From: Candidatus Binatia bacterium
GTDB taxonomy: Bacteria; Desulfobacterota; Binatia; Bin18
DNA: 64,000 nucleotides
Assembly: GCA_963666315.2 (NCBI GenBank)
Contig: CAXXHG010000036.1
Location: forward strand, 73,830 to 137,829
Reading direction: 5' to 3'
Position 1 is the stretch's first letter; every line of letters starts with the position of its first letter. Positions 28,105 to 37,371 of the stretch are shown here, in pieces. The notes below the pieces were generated by a model that saw only the letters and a program-made list of their open reading frames with translations, was not told where the DNA came from and did no database searches. The translations under genes and the position numbers were made by a program.

Positions 28105-29313
28105 CTACTCTGAGTGTTCAGAATGTGCTTCAACAAGGTATCGTTCGATTAACAAGTCAGCCATGACCATAGCGAACTGATTCGAAAAACCCGCAGAATA
28201 GTGCACTGTGTCGACGTACAAAGATCTCTTCTCATTCTTCTGGATATCTGCACACCACAAAAAGTTGTCGCCCAGTGGATTTTCCTCAATGATGTCAGCC
28301 ATGCGCTCATAACCATACTGCGAGTAGCTGGCTCGACCGTACCCGCCTTCCGAGAAGGGATGGTACTGTTGATCATAATCATACATTGGGACTGGCTGCC
28401 AAACGAATATAGGTTTTACACCAAAAGGCTTAGAAACAGCTTCGATCAATTTCTTGTTCACTAAGTATCTTTTGATCGCTAAGTCGATCACTTTCGGGTC
28501 ACTGTAGATGTTAGGCTCTGCGTTCTCTTTTAGCTGCTCGCTGTGCCGCCCTTCTCGAAGCCACTTCGGGAGCCGACGTCTAAATCCTTCCGTGGCGCGA
28601 ACAAGAGATGTTCGTGAAATAAAACCCCTATCTTTGTTACTGGCTGTTCCGTTGGCTACGAATTCACGAAACCGGGATGTAAACATTGGTTGGTCGTAAT
28701 AAAAATCGTTGAGACCATCGATAAAAATGGCCATGTCTGGAACAAATCCAGAGGCAAGAAGTTCCTCATAAAGAATACGTTCCTGAGTTGAGTAGTAGCT
28801 CCCTCGACCAAAGTTGTAGACGCGCACGTCTCGGCCCAACCTTGTCGTCAGATACTCCTGTAGATACGAGGCGACCGTTTCGTGGTCCGGGACGCCATAT
28901 CCGAAAGTAGTTGAACCTCCAAACAAAAAGATGTTCAGGCTTCTCGATTCAGGTGGCCAAGGGCCTTGGTTCTTCGTGATTCGGAACCCGCTACTGTCTA
29001 CATTGACGTAGAGTCCACGAGATGGACGCTCCCGGAACTGGGTAAATGGCTCGTAGATGTAAGTGCGAGACCACGTCTCCTTGAGGAGACCATCTATTTC
29101 GGGTTCGCTTAATCCTGGATATACGGCGCTGATAGTCGAATGGCCATACTTTGTCCAGATAGCGTTCCAAGATAAGTAGTCCTTTACAACAAATGCCGCA
29201 TAGAGGATTGCATTCAAGAGCAGGAGGGCTACCAGAGTATTCAGCAAGGCCAGGGCGGAAAGGCGGTAGCCATACGACAGTTTCTGTAGGAATCTGTTTG
29301 CCTTTTTCGTCAT
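28105..29313 (-). CDS. SGNH/GDSL hydrolase family protein with N-terminal TM anchor
   Basis: FGGSTTFG, YNFG, DGLND, DTVHY catalytic blocks. Confidence 0.85.
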   Translation of the reverse strand: MTKKANRFLQKLSYGYRLSALALLNTLVALLLLNAILYAAFVVKDYLSWNAIWTKYGHSTISAVYPGLSEPEIDGLLKETWSRTYIYEPFTQFRERPSRGLYVNVDSSGFRITKNQGPWPPESRSLNIFLFGGSTTFGYGVPDHETVASYLQEYLTTRLGRDVRVYNFGRGSYYSTQERILYEELLASGFVPDMAIFIDGLNDFYYDQPMFTSRFREFVANGTASNKDRGFISRTSLVRATEGFRRRLPKWLREGRHSEQLKENAEPNIYSDPKVIDLAIKRYLVNKKLIEAVSKPFGVKPIFVWQPVPMYDYDQQYHPFSEGGYGRASYSQYGYERMADIIEENPLGDNFLWCADIQKNEKRSLYVDTVHYSAGFSNQFAMVMADLLIERYLVEAHSEHSE

Positions 29314-29634
29314 TTTGTGGGCCTAACTATGGTGCAATCGAAACTTTTTCTACCCCAAATGCCTACAGCGGGAGACTTTTTTTGCTGATCCTCCTGCAAA
29401 GGGGTTTATCAGGAAATTTTATCTACCAGAGAAACGTAACGTAAGCCAGCCTCTTTCGAATGTAAAGCGTCGGGTTTTCTTTTGGATTTTCCTCCGCGCC
29501 TTTGGCGCCCAACTCTAATTATACAGAGAGCCCACGTGCGGGATCCGCTGTCGAAATTGATTTGAACCTCGCCATCTAAGCGAGAATGGCGAGCAAAAAA
29601 ACCCCAATAACCCTGCCACAACGCCCCAAATCCC

Positions 29635-29847
29635 GCCCCAAAATTCCGACTTTCAAACACCAGCCTACTGAGTAAAAAAATTAAACGGCAAAAGTTATCA
29701 CCTACAAAGTGCAAATTGTTCATCTGCGGCAACACAGGCAGTTTTCAGCCCACAAAATTTCGACTTTCAAACACCAGACTACCAGTAGAAAAATTTATCG
29801 GCAAAATTATCACCTTTTTTCGCCGTTCTATTCACCTGCGGCAACAC
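29635..29847 (-). mobile_element. Tandem ~113-bp direct repeat; putative Tn7/Mu-type ends, copies B and C
   Basis: 29635..29735 and 29748..29847 share cgactttcaaacaccag, ggcaaa..ttatcacct and ttcaYctgcggcaaca. Confidence 0.6.
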
Positions 29848-29873
29848 TGCGCCAAAATTTTTCCAAAAATAAC

Positions 29874-29911
29874 TTGACAATGTAACTTAACGTTGTTATT
29901 TAACAGTGTAA
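29874..29911 (+). promoter_or_regulatory. Sigma70 promoter overlapped by three 12-bp pseudo-palindromic boxes (probable TetR operators)
   Basis: ttgacaatgtaa c ttaacgttgtta t ttaacagtgtaa (13-bp period); first box starts with TTGACA. Confidence 0.65.
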
Positions 29912-29938
29912 CACAATAATCAAAGCGAGGATCACCCC

Positions 29939-30475
29939 ATGGCGCAGATCATCCCCCAACGCACGACTGCAGAAATTGATGGACCGTTTGTCGTGTTTCT
30001 GATTGGCATGCGCATCAATAAATTCTGGAAGGTCAATAAATGGCGGCCGGTCTTTCAAGCCATCCCCGCCATGCTGGATGAACTGGCAACCAATCCAGAC
30101 TCCGGCTTGCTCGGATTCCGCCATCAGCCAGGCTTCCCCAATTTTTCGGTCGTGCAGTATTGGCGCTCGTTTGAACATCTGCACGCGTGTGCGCGTGACC
30201 GCAGCGGGAAGCACTACCCTGCGTGGGCGGCATTCAACCGGAAAGTCGGCACGAACGGCGACGTGGGCATTTGCCATGAAACCTATTGTGTCGCGGACGG
30301 ACAGTATGAAGCCGTTTACGGCAATATGCCTGCGTATGGATTGGGCTTGGCGGGGAAACTCATTTCGGCAGCCGGGCGGAAGAATACGGCCAAGGGACGG
30401 CTGAAGCAGAGCCAGGGTGAGGATGCACCGATTGATACGGCTGGGGTTGAGAAAGTGGAAGAGGCAGCGGCGTGA
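29939..30475 (+). CDS. DUF4188 domain protein
   Basis: FVVFLIGMRINK, VQYWRSFEHL, HETY, YEAVYGNMPAYGL. Confidence 0.85.
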   Translation: MAQIIPQRTTAEIDGPFVVFLIGMRINKFWKVNKWRPVFQAIPAMLDELATNPDSGLLGFRHQPGFPNFSVVQYWRSFEHLHACARDRSGKHYPAWAAFNRKVGTNGDVGICHETYCVADGQYEAVYGNMPAYGLGLAGKLISAAGRKNTAKGRLKQSQGEDAPIDTAGVEKVEEAAA

Positions 30476-31115
30476 AGATAAGGCAGACCTGACTCAATAC
30501 CAGCTGCTGGAGCTCCCACCTAGCTTCACCTTTCACTACGGAAACGCCTGGGAAGAGGCCAGTGGTGTGATTCGTTTTGATGCGTGTCGCCGCAACGACG
30601 CTTCGGTTCTCTTTGGCGGCTTTCAGAACGTGATGCACGGTCGTACATTCAACCAAGGCGCGCCGTCGGAATGCACCCAGATCACCCTCAACTTGCAAAA
30701 GGGAACGGCCAAAGAAGAGGTAGTAGGCGGAGAAACCGAATTCCCTCGGGTGGATGCGCGTGTCAGTGGACGGCGAAATCGGTATGTGTATTACACCGTG
30801 CGCCAGCCCGACACTTCGACCCCGCATCCTTTATTCAACGCGGTGGCTCGGTACGACATGGAAACCGGTCAGCCTGAGACCTTCACGTATCCGGCACAGA
30901 TCTGTGCAGAGGAGCATCTTTTCGTTTCTCGTCCCGGCGGTATCTCAGAAACAGACGGCTGGCTGTTTGGGACAGGCCTAGATATCCACCAAGAAATTAC
31001 ACAAGTAGCGATATTTGATGCAGCCCGTCTTGCGGACGGTCCACTGGCTATCGTCCGCTTACCGTATTGGCTACCACTCGGATTTCGTGGGAATTTTGCT
31101 TCAGCTCAGGCATAA
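30476..31115 (+). pseudogene. Carotenoid oxygenase family, C-terminal fragment only
   Basis: FHYGNAWE, EFPRVD, EEHLFV, GPLAIVRLPYWLPLGFRG (Fe-ligand His of GFHG replaced); no N-terminal part. Confidence 0.75.
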
Positions 31116-31176
31116 TACGCGCACCCCGAAACGCACTGGGCGATCGACAATGCTGGAGTAAAGAAAGATTTTATAT

Positions 31177-31797
31177 ATGCCACGCGCTGCCAACCCAACA
31201 TTACGAGAAGACATCCTGAAAGCTGCCTTACAGATCGTTGAAGAAAAAGGCGCAGCCGGACTCACCATGCGTGCGGTGGCCGGTGGGCTGGGTTATAGCG
31301 CCACTGCGCTCTACCAACACTTTGAGAGTAAAGAAAAGCTTTTGCTCGCACTAAAAATCAAGGCCGGAGACTTGCTCACCCAAGAGATGGAACGTGCGCG
31401 CCAAGAACCTACACTAGAGGAACAGCTCTTCCAGATGGGGCGGCACTATATCCGTTTTGGCCTGGAAAATCCAACTTATTATCAACTCATTTTTCAAGAT
31501 ACGAGCCTCGACCTCGTTTGTACGCCAGAACAAACTGAACGCATGCGCCACAGTTGGTCTATCATGCGCGGTACCATACAGACCTGGGTCGAAGAGCGTG
31601 GTTTTCAAGGGATAGATGTCGATCAGGAAGCCAACGTCCTGTGGATGATGGTCCACGGACTCACCTCGCTTGCCCTAGCCGGACGTCTGCCCTCGGCTCA
31701 GCTTGACGACGTCTTTGCCCTGTTTGACCTCTCCGGCAGCCGCTGGATGGCAGGATTGTTGAGCGCCCAACCACATATAAACGAAAGCCCATCTTAA
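31177..31797 (+). CDS. TetR/AcrR family regulator (WHG-type C-terminal domain)
   Basis: LTMRAVAGGLGYSATALYQHFESKEKL HTH; WMMVHG. Confidence 0.92.
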   Translation: MPRAANPTLREDILKAALQIVEEKGAAGLTMRAVAGGLGYSATALYQHFESKEKLLLALKIKAGDLLTQEMERARQEPTLEEQLFQMGRHYIRFGLENPTYYQLIFQDTSLDLVCTPEQTERMRHSWSIMRGTIQTWVEERGFQGIDVDQEANVLWMMVHGLTSLALAGRLPSAQLDDVFALFDLSGSRWMAGLLSAQPHINESPS

Positions 31798-31887
31798 ACA
31801 CCACGAAGTCCAAAACGAGTAACTTCGCATAAAACATGCGCCTTCGCACAAAACGTCTCGGCTACAGCCGAGAAGGAGGAAAGCCCA

Positions 31888-33282
31888 ATGAGTCGCCCAT
31901 TTCCTGATGATCCGTTTCTCAAAGGTAATTATGCCCCCTGGCCTATGGAGGGTGAGGCGCACGATTTGGTTGTTCAGGGAGAAATCCCCCAGGAGCTTAA
32001 TGGCACGCTGTATCGTAATGGATCAAATCCCCAATTCGCTCCGCGCGGACGCTACCACTGGTTTGACGGCGATGGGATGATTCATGCGTTTACACTCGGT
32101 GATGGCAAAGCGCATTATCGCAATCGCTGGGTGCGGACAGAACGCTTCAAGCTTGAACGAGAGGCTGGCGAAGCCCTGTTTGCCGGACTGAGCGATCTGA
32201 GCAATACGGATAAACGCGTGGAAGGTGTTTTTCCAAACGCCGCCAATACCAATATTATTTTCTACGCCGGTAAACTCTTAGCCCTGTGGGAAGGCGGCCC
32301 TCCGTACGAGCTGGATCCTGCTACACTCGACACCATCGGACTATACGATTTTAACGGCAAGCTGCAGGGTGCCATGACCGCGCATCCCAAGGTCGATCCT
32401 GAAACTGGAGAATTGCTCTTTTTCGGCTATGGCCCGTTTCCCCCTTACCTGCGCTACGATGTGGCATCAGCGGACGGCGACATCATCCGCAGCCAAGAAA
32501 TTGATATTCCCGTCCCGACCATGATGCACGATTTTATTACCACCCGAGAGCACGTGATCTTCATGGTCTTTCCAGCAACCTTGCGGCCGGAGAATCTCAC
32601 ATCCGGTTCACCCATACGCTGGGAGCCTGAACTCGGCACCCGCATCGGCGTCATGCCACGGGACGGAGACAGTGACGATATCGTCTGGTTCGAAACCGAC
32701 CCATGCTTTGTCTTTCATCCCATGAATGCCTACACCGAAAACAATCGGGTGATAGCCGACGTATGTCAGTTCCGCCACCTGCCGCTGTTCGACGTAGAGG
32801 GCGAGGACGGACAAACTAACGTCCCTGTCTTAACCCGCTGGACGCTGGATCTTGAGTCCAAGTCGATCACAATGGAACCGCGCGACGATCAAACCTGTGA
32901 GTTCCCGCGACTAGACGAACGCTACACCGGCCTGCCCTATCGCGCGGGTTATGCTGCCGGCAACCGTAGCGCTGCATCTCTGGTCGATGAACCGTTTAAC
33001 GCAGTGGTCCGATACGATCATGCAAGCGGTCAGTCGCACGTCCACGAGTTCGGGCCAAGCAGTTTTACATCTGAGCCGATCTTTGTGCCGCGCTCAGAGT
33101 CTGCCGCAGAAGGAGAAGGCTTTCTCCTCGTTGGCGTGTACCGAAAAGAAGAGCACCGCAGCGACTTGGTGATTCTCGACGCAGAGAACATCGAAAGCGA
33201 ACCGCTGGCGACCGTCCAACTACCACACCGTATTCCGTATGGCTTTCACGGCAACTGGGCAGACGGGTTGTCGGTGGAATAG
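31888..33282 (+). CDS. Carotenoid oxygenase family dioxygenase (lignostilbene dioxygenase-like)
   Basis: HWFDGDGM, TAHPK, MHDF, FHPMNA, EFPR, EPIFVPR, GFHGNW; four Fe-ligand His intact. Confidence 0.93.
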   Translation: MSRPFPDDPFLKGNYAPWPMEGEAHDLVVQGEIPQELNGTLYRNGSNPQFAPRGRYHWFDGDGMIHAFTLGDGKAHYRNRWVRTERFKLEREAGEALFAGLSDLSNTDKRVEGVFPNAANTNIIFYAGKLLALWEGGPPYELDPATLDTIGLYDFNGKLQGAMTAHPKVDPETGELLFFGYGPFPPYLRYDVASADGDIIRSQEIDIPVPTMMHDFITTREHVIFMVFPATLRPENLTSGSPIRWEPELGTRIGVMPRDGDSDDIVWFETDPCFVFHPMNAYTENNRVIADVCQFRHLPLFDVEGEDGQTNVPVLTRWTLDLESKSITMEPRDDQTCEFPRLDERYTGLPYRAGYAAGNRSAASLVDEPFNAVVRYDHASGQSHVHEFGPSSFTSEPIFVPRSESAAEGEGFLLVGVYRKEEHRSDLVILDAENIESEPLATVQLPHRIPYGFHGNWADGLSVE

Positions 33283-33328
33283 GCAGCAGTAGGGAGACTT
33301 GAGGGGGAGGACGCCATGAGGGCTTGTG

Positions 33329-33562
33329 TCATGGACGATCCTTCACCCGCATAGAACGAAGCGTCACCGCATTGACCGGTGGCATCTTCGTCCGCAGGTT
33401 CAGTAAGGCATCCATCGCCTGTGCCCGGCGTTCTCGAAGCTGCTGCGCTTCTACAGCGTCACTCATGAGTCGTGCGATGATCGCACTTTTATTCTCTTTG
33501 GCGAAAGTTCTATTAAAAGCGTCTCGAACTTCATCGGGGATACTGAAACACACCCTAGCCAC
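33329..33562 (-). CDS. Ribbon-helix-helix antitoxin-like protein without toxin partner
   Basis: VCFSIPDEVRDAFNRTF...NKSAIIARLM; GGAGG RBS. Confidence 0.6.
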   Translation of the reverse strand: MARVCFSIPDEVRDAFNRTFAKENKSAIIARLMSDAVEAQQLRERRAQAMDALLNLRTKMPPVNAVTLRSMRVKDRP

Positions 33563-33638
33563 TATTCCTCCATGAGCTGAAATTGTAAAACACGCTCGTA
33601 AGGCATCTTATATCGTTTCTGCTTGATGCCTATCCAGC

Positions 33639-33778
33639 AGTGTCGTAAGAGCTCGCCCTTCGACAAGCTCAGGGTGAGCGGGCCTGGCTTCTTCTGGAGC
33701 GGGTCCCCGTTCGTGCTGAGCCTGTCGAAGCAGGAACGGGGATGTACAACGATCAGATAGAAACTGTCTTATAACACT
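33639..33778. repeat. REP/MITE-like palindromic element
   Basis: cccttcgacaagctcagggtgagcgg...ccgttcgtgctgagcctgtcgaagc core, bracketed by imperfect inverted repeats agtgtcgtaaga / tcttataacact. Confidence 0.65.
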
Positions 33779-33893
33779 TCTGATAAGAAAGCCGTGTTCG
33801 GCCCAAGTCGTCCTGAGCAACGCGAAGGATCTCGCCCAGAACAGTAAAAGCAGCGCCTTGACCAGCCTTCTCTAAAGCAGCCATGTATAAGGC

Positions 33894-34637
33894 ATGAATT
33901 CTCACAAAGGAGAGGGGTGGTGGTTTAGTCTTTTCTTCCTACTTGTCTGTGCTCCCGCAGCCCTCGCCTATCAAGAAATCACGGTTGAGCACGCCGGGGC
34001 CATAGCCGGTCGAGTGATCTTCGACGGCGAAGCCCCACAGCCCCGCTTTCTGCCGGTACACAAAAATAGAGCGATCTGCGGAGAGCGTGTGTCAGATGAA
34101 AGCCTGCTCGTCGGTCCGGACGGCGGTCTCAAGAACGTCGTCATTGTGCTCGACGGCATAGCCGCAGGCAAATCACCGTCGGTCACGCCGGCCGTTCTCG
34201 ACAATAAACACTGTGCCTTCGTCCCGCGTGTGCTCACCCTGACCGTGGGCCAAGCCCTTGAGTTGCGCAATAGTGACCCTATCCTGCACGACGCCCACGC
34301 GCGCATACATGGATATAAGACCCTTTTCAACCTGGGCCTACCGGAGTGGTCGCGCAAGACCTATCGCTTTGAACAGCCGGGCCGGGTGCTTATTGATTGT
34401 GACGTCCTGCATACCTGGATGCAGGCGTATGTCATTGTCGCCGAACACCCCTATACTGCGGTCACGGATTCAGGCGGTAGTTTCTCTCTACAAGAAGTTC
34501 CTCCTGGCACCTACACTATACGTGTCTGGCACGAGCAACTCGGCGAACAGACTACTCGGGTGGCCGTTCAGGCCGACCACACAGCCACCCTCCGACTTAG
34601 CTATACACTCAGGCTGCAACACGATAAGGGAGAATGA
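33894..34637 (+). CDS. Exported protein with cupredoxin-like and carboxypeptidase-regulatory-like domains
   Basis: Signal peptide; CAFVPRV, NSDPILH, CDVLHTWM, PPGTYTIRVWHE. Confidence 0.75.
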   Translation: MNSHKGEGWWFSLFFLLVCAPAALAYQEITVEHAGAIAGRVIFDGEAPQPRFLPVHKNRAICGERVSDESLLVGPDGGLKNVVIVLDGIAAGKSPSVTPAVLDNKHCAFVPRVLTLTVGQALELRNSDPILHDAHARIHGYKTLFNLGLPEWSRKTYRFEQPGRVLIDCDVLHTWMQAYVIVAEHPYTAVTDSGGSFSLQEVPPGTYTIRVWHEQLGEQTTRVAVQADHTATLRLSYTLRLQHDKGE

Positions 34638-34661
34638 ATTCTTTTGAGGACTGGAGCACCT

Positions 34662-35357
34662 ATGTCGAACGATTCTGTCCACTACGCACTACACGAGACC
34701 ATCGCCGTCATCCGTCTCGACGACGGCAAGGCCAACGTCGTCAGTCAGGCCTTGATCAATGGTCTGACGGCAGGGCTGGCGAGAGCCGCCCAAGAAGCCC
34801 AAGCCGTTATTTTGACTGGTCGGCCGGGGCGTTTTTCGGCTGGATTTGACCTGTCCGTCTTGAACTCCGGACCGGATGCCGCACGTGCGCTGGTCACAGC
34901 CGGTGCCGAGATGCTGCTCAAGATCTTTACCCATCCTCAACCGGTGATCGCAGCCAGCACCGGCCACGCTATTGCGGCGGGGGCCTTTATCCTCCTAGCG
35001 TCTGATACGCGTCTCGGAACTGAGGGGGATTTTAAAATCGGCCTGAATGAAGTCGCGATCGGCATGACCCTGCCCGAGTTTGGCATGATGTTCGCCCGGG
35101 AACGGCTGTCCAAACGCCATTTCACCAACGCCGCCATTCAGGCGCGTCTGTATAATCCAACAGATGCGGTTGATGTGGGTTTCTTGGATCGTGTGTGTTC
35201 AGCCGGTACGCTCTTAGACGAGGCGTTGACCGAAGCCCGCCAGCTCGCAAAACTCGACCTGCCATCCTATGCACGCACCAAAGAACGCGCCCGGGGTGCC
35301 CTGGCAGAGCGAGTCCGCATGGGTTTGGAAGAAGATCTGGCGCAGTTGATGGCTTAG
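34662..35357 (+). CDS. Crotonase/enoyl-CoA hydratase family protein
   Basis: LDDGKAN, FSAGFDL, GHAIAAG, IGLNEVAIG. Confidence 0.9.
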   Translation: MSNDSVHYALHETIAVIRLDDGKANVVSQALINGLTAGLARAAQEAQAVILTGRPGRFSAGFDLSVLNSGPDAARALVTAGAEMLLKIFTHPQPVIAASTGHAIAAGAFILLASDTRLGTEGDFKIGLNEVAIGMTLPEFGMMFARERLSKRHFTNAAIQARLYNPTDAVDVGFLDRVCSAGTLLDEALTEARQLAKLDLPSYARTKERARGALAERVRMGLEEDLAQLMA

Positions 35358-35369
35358 GCTATATGGGAT

Positions 35370-35400
35370 GTCGGATTACGCTCCGCTCATCCGCCCTACG
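35370..35400 (-). repeat. GTAG-type REP hairpin
   Basis: Minus strand GTAGggcggatgagcggagcgtaatccgac; related copy at 48950..48980. Confidence 0.6.
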
Positions 35401-35451
35401 GGCTTCGCCTTGGGCGCAGACAGAGATACACCATTCGCCCGGGCTTGCGCA

Positions 35452-35655
35452 TCAGGCTTGCACGGGCTCCAACTCCGGCAAAAGCGCCTGAGCCGCTTGG
35501 TGGTCCGCCGTGTCTAACCCCTCGCTGAACCAGGTATAGATATCGGACAGGAGCTGCTGGGCGTCTTCGTGTTTGTCCTCTTGCTGCCACAGTCGAGCTA
35601 AACTCAGGACGGCGCGCAATTTCGGCTGCGCCGCTCGGCTCACCTGTGGCAGCAA
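35452..35655 (-). pseudogene. C-terminal fragment of an adenylate cyclase/AAA-TPR-type protein
   Basis: LRAVLSLARLWQQ...LLSDIYTWFSEGLDTAD tail; rest of gene absent. Confidence 0.7.
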
Positions 35656-35755
35656 GGAGCTTGATCGCGAAAACCCTTATACGCAACAAAATCCTAAACA
35701 GATAGAAACCTGGCAAGTTTAGTAGAATGTATCGAATGGGGAGGTCGGTCGGTCC

Positions 35756-37360
35756 CTACCTCGCGCGCAGTTTGTAACGCTGGATCTTACCGGTGGCCGT
35801 CTTGGGAAGATCAGGCACGAATTCGACCCAGCGGGGATATTTGTGTGGCTGGCTGCGTTCTTTCACAAATATGCGGAGTTCTGTGGCCAGCGCCTCGGAA
35901 GCTGTTTGGCCTGCTTTGAGCACCACAAAGGCTTTGGGTTTGACAAGTTTGTTCTCATCCTCCCAGCCGACGATGGCCGCCTCTAGAACAGCAGGATACT
36001 GCAACAAAATACCCTCGACTTCGGCTGGGGAGACCCACTGGCCTGAGACTTTGAGCATGTCGTCGGCTCGGCCGCAGTAGATGAAATAGCCGTCTTCGGC
36101 TTGGCTATAGGTGTCGCCGGTGTTGATCCACTCGCCGAGCATGGTCTCAGCCGTCTTGTCCGGATTATTCCAGTAACACGCTGCGCCGGATTGACCCTTA
36201 ATCAGCAGCCGTCCGATATCCGTCTGGCTTACAGGACTGCCAGTGTCATCCACTATTTTTGCTTCATAGCCCGGCACCAGGCGGCCGCTCGTGCCCGGCT
36301 TATAGTCGTCCAGACGATTGGAAATAAAAATATGCAGTAGCTCCGTAGATCCAATGCCGTCAAGAATCGTCAGGCCAGTGTGTTCCTGCCAGCGGCGCAA
36401 GACTGCGGCCGGCAGCGCCTCTCCGGCAGACACACAGGCACGCAGAGAAGAGCAGTCGCGCGGTGTCTTCTCTAGTGCTAGCAACTGGGCGGCATACAGT
36501 GTCGGTACGCCAAAATAGAGCGTGGGCCGAAATCGCTCGATCAGCTCAAACGTCACATCTGGTGTGGGGCGTTGATCAGTCAAGAGTGCTGTTCCGCCCA
36601 CCCAGAGCGGAAAAGTCATGCCGTTGCCGAGACCGTAGGCGAAGAAGAGCTTGGCTGCAGAAAAGCACACATCGGCGGCAGTCATCCCCAGCACGCCCAC
36701 CGCATACTGCACGCAGGTGACGACCATGTCACGCTGGCGGTGCACCACACCTTTGGGTCGCCCGGCAGAACCCGAGGAATACAGCCAAAAACAGTCGTCG
36801 TCCGGCGCTGCAAGCGCTGGTTCTAAATCCACAGAAGCAGACTGCATACGACTCAGCACGTCCGCGTCACCGCCCTCGACCTGCAGGGCCATCGGACTTG
36901 CAGGACTTGCCGGGCTTGTCGATTTTGGCCGTACCGCCGCCAAAGCCGGCTCAACCATATGCGCGTATTCCGCCGAGTATACGACCAGGGCACAGCCGGA
37001 GTCGGCGATCATATACTGATAGTCAGCCATACCGAGTAAAGTATTGACCGGGACAGGAATCACGCCGGCCTTGATCGCGCCCCAAAAGAGATAGAAAAAC
37101 TCCGGGCAGTCTTTGACTATCATGAGCATACGCTCGCCCGCAGCGATCCCTACAGAATGGAGGACATTGCCGCAGCGATTAACTCGCTCAGCCAGCTGGC
37201 CATAGGTCACCTGACCGGTTACGGTCCGAATCGCAATCTCGTCCGCGCGGCCCTCATCTAGATGGCGGTCGATAAAGGGGATAGCGACATTAAAGCTCGG
37301 GGCATACTGAATGCTCGGCGGCGAGCTTGTGTGATCAACGCTGACCGTATTCGACTGCAT
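35756..37360 (-). CDS. Benzoate-CoA ligase family protein
   Basis: FWLYSSGSAGRPKG, AKLFFAYGLGN, SAGEAL, DGIGSTE, LPKTATGKIQR. Confidence 0.92.
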   Translation of the reverse strand: MQSNTVSVDHTSSPPSIQYAPSFNVAIPFIDRHLDEGRADEIAIRTVTGQVTYGQLAERVNRCGNVLHSVGIAAGERMLMIVKDCPEFFYLFWGAIKAGVIPVPVNTLLGMADYQYMIADSGCALVVYSAEYAHMVEPALAAVRPKSTSPASPASPMALQVEGGDADVLSRMQSASVDLEPALAAPDDDCFWLYSSGSAGRPKGVVHRQRDMVVTCVQYAVGVLGMTAADVCFSAAKLFFAYGLGNGMTFPLWVGGTALLTDQRPTPDVTFELIERFRPTLYFGVPTLYAAQLLALEKTPRDCSSLRACVSAGEALPAAVLRRWQEHTGLTILDGIGSTELLHIFISNRLDDYKPGTSGRLVPGYEAKIVDDTGSPVSQTDIGRLLIKGQSGAACYWNNPDKTAETMLGEWINTGDTYSQAEDGYFIYCGRADDMLKVSGQWVSPAEVEGILLQYPAVLEAAIVGWEDENKLVKPKAFVVLKAGQTASEALATELRIFVKERSQPHKYPRWVEFVPDLPKTATGKIQRYKLRAR

Positions 37361-37371
37361 TGTTGGTGCCT

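Noticed and set aside
29635-29847. Possible CRISPR array
   Set aside because: Only two long degenerate units, no constant repeat with unique spacers, no cas genes.
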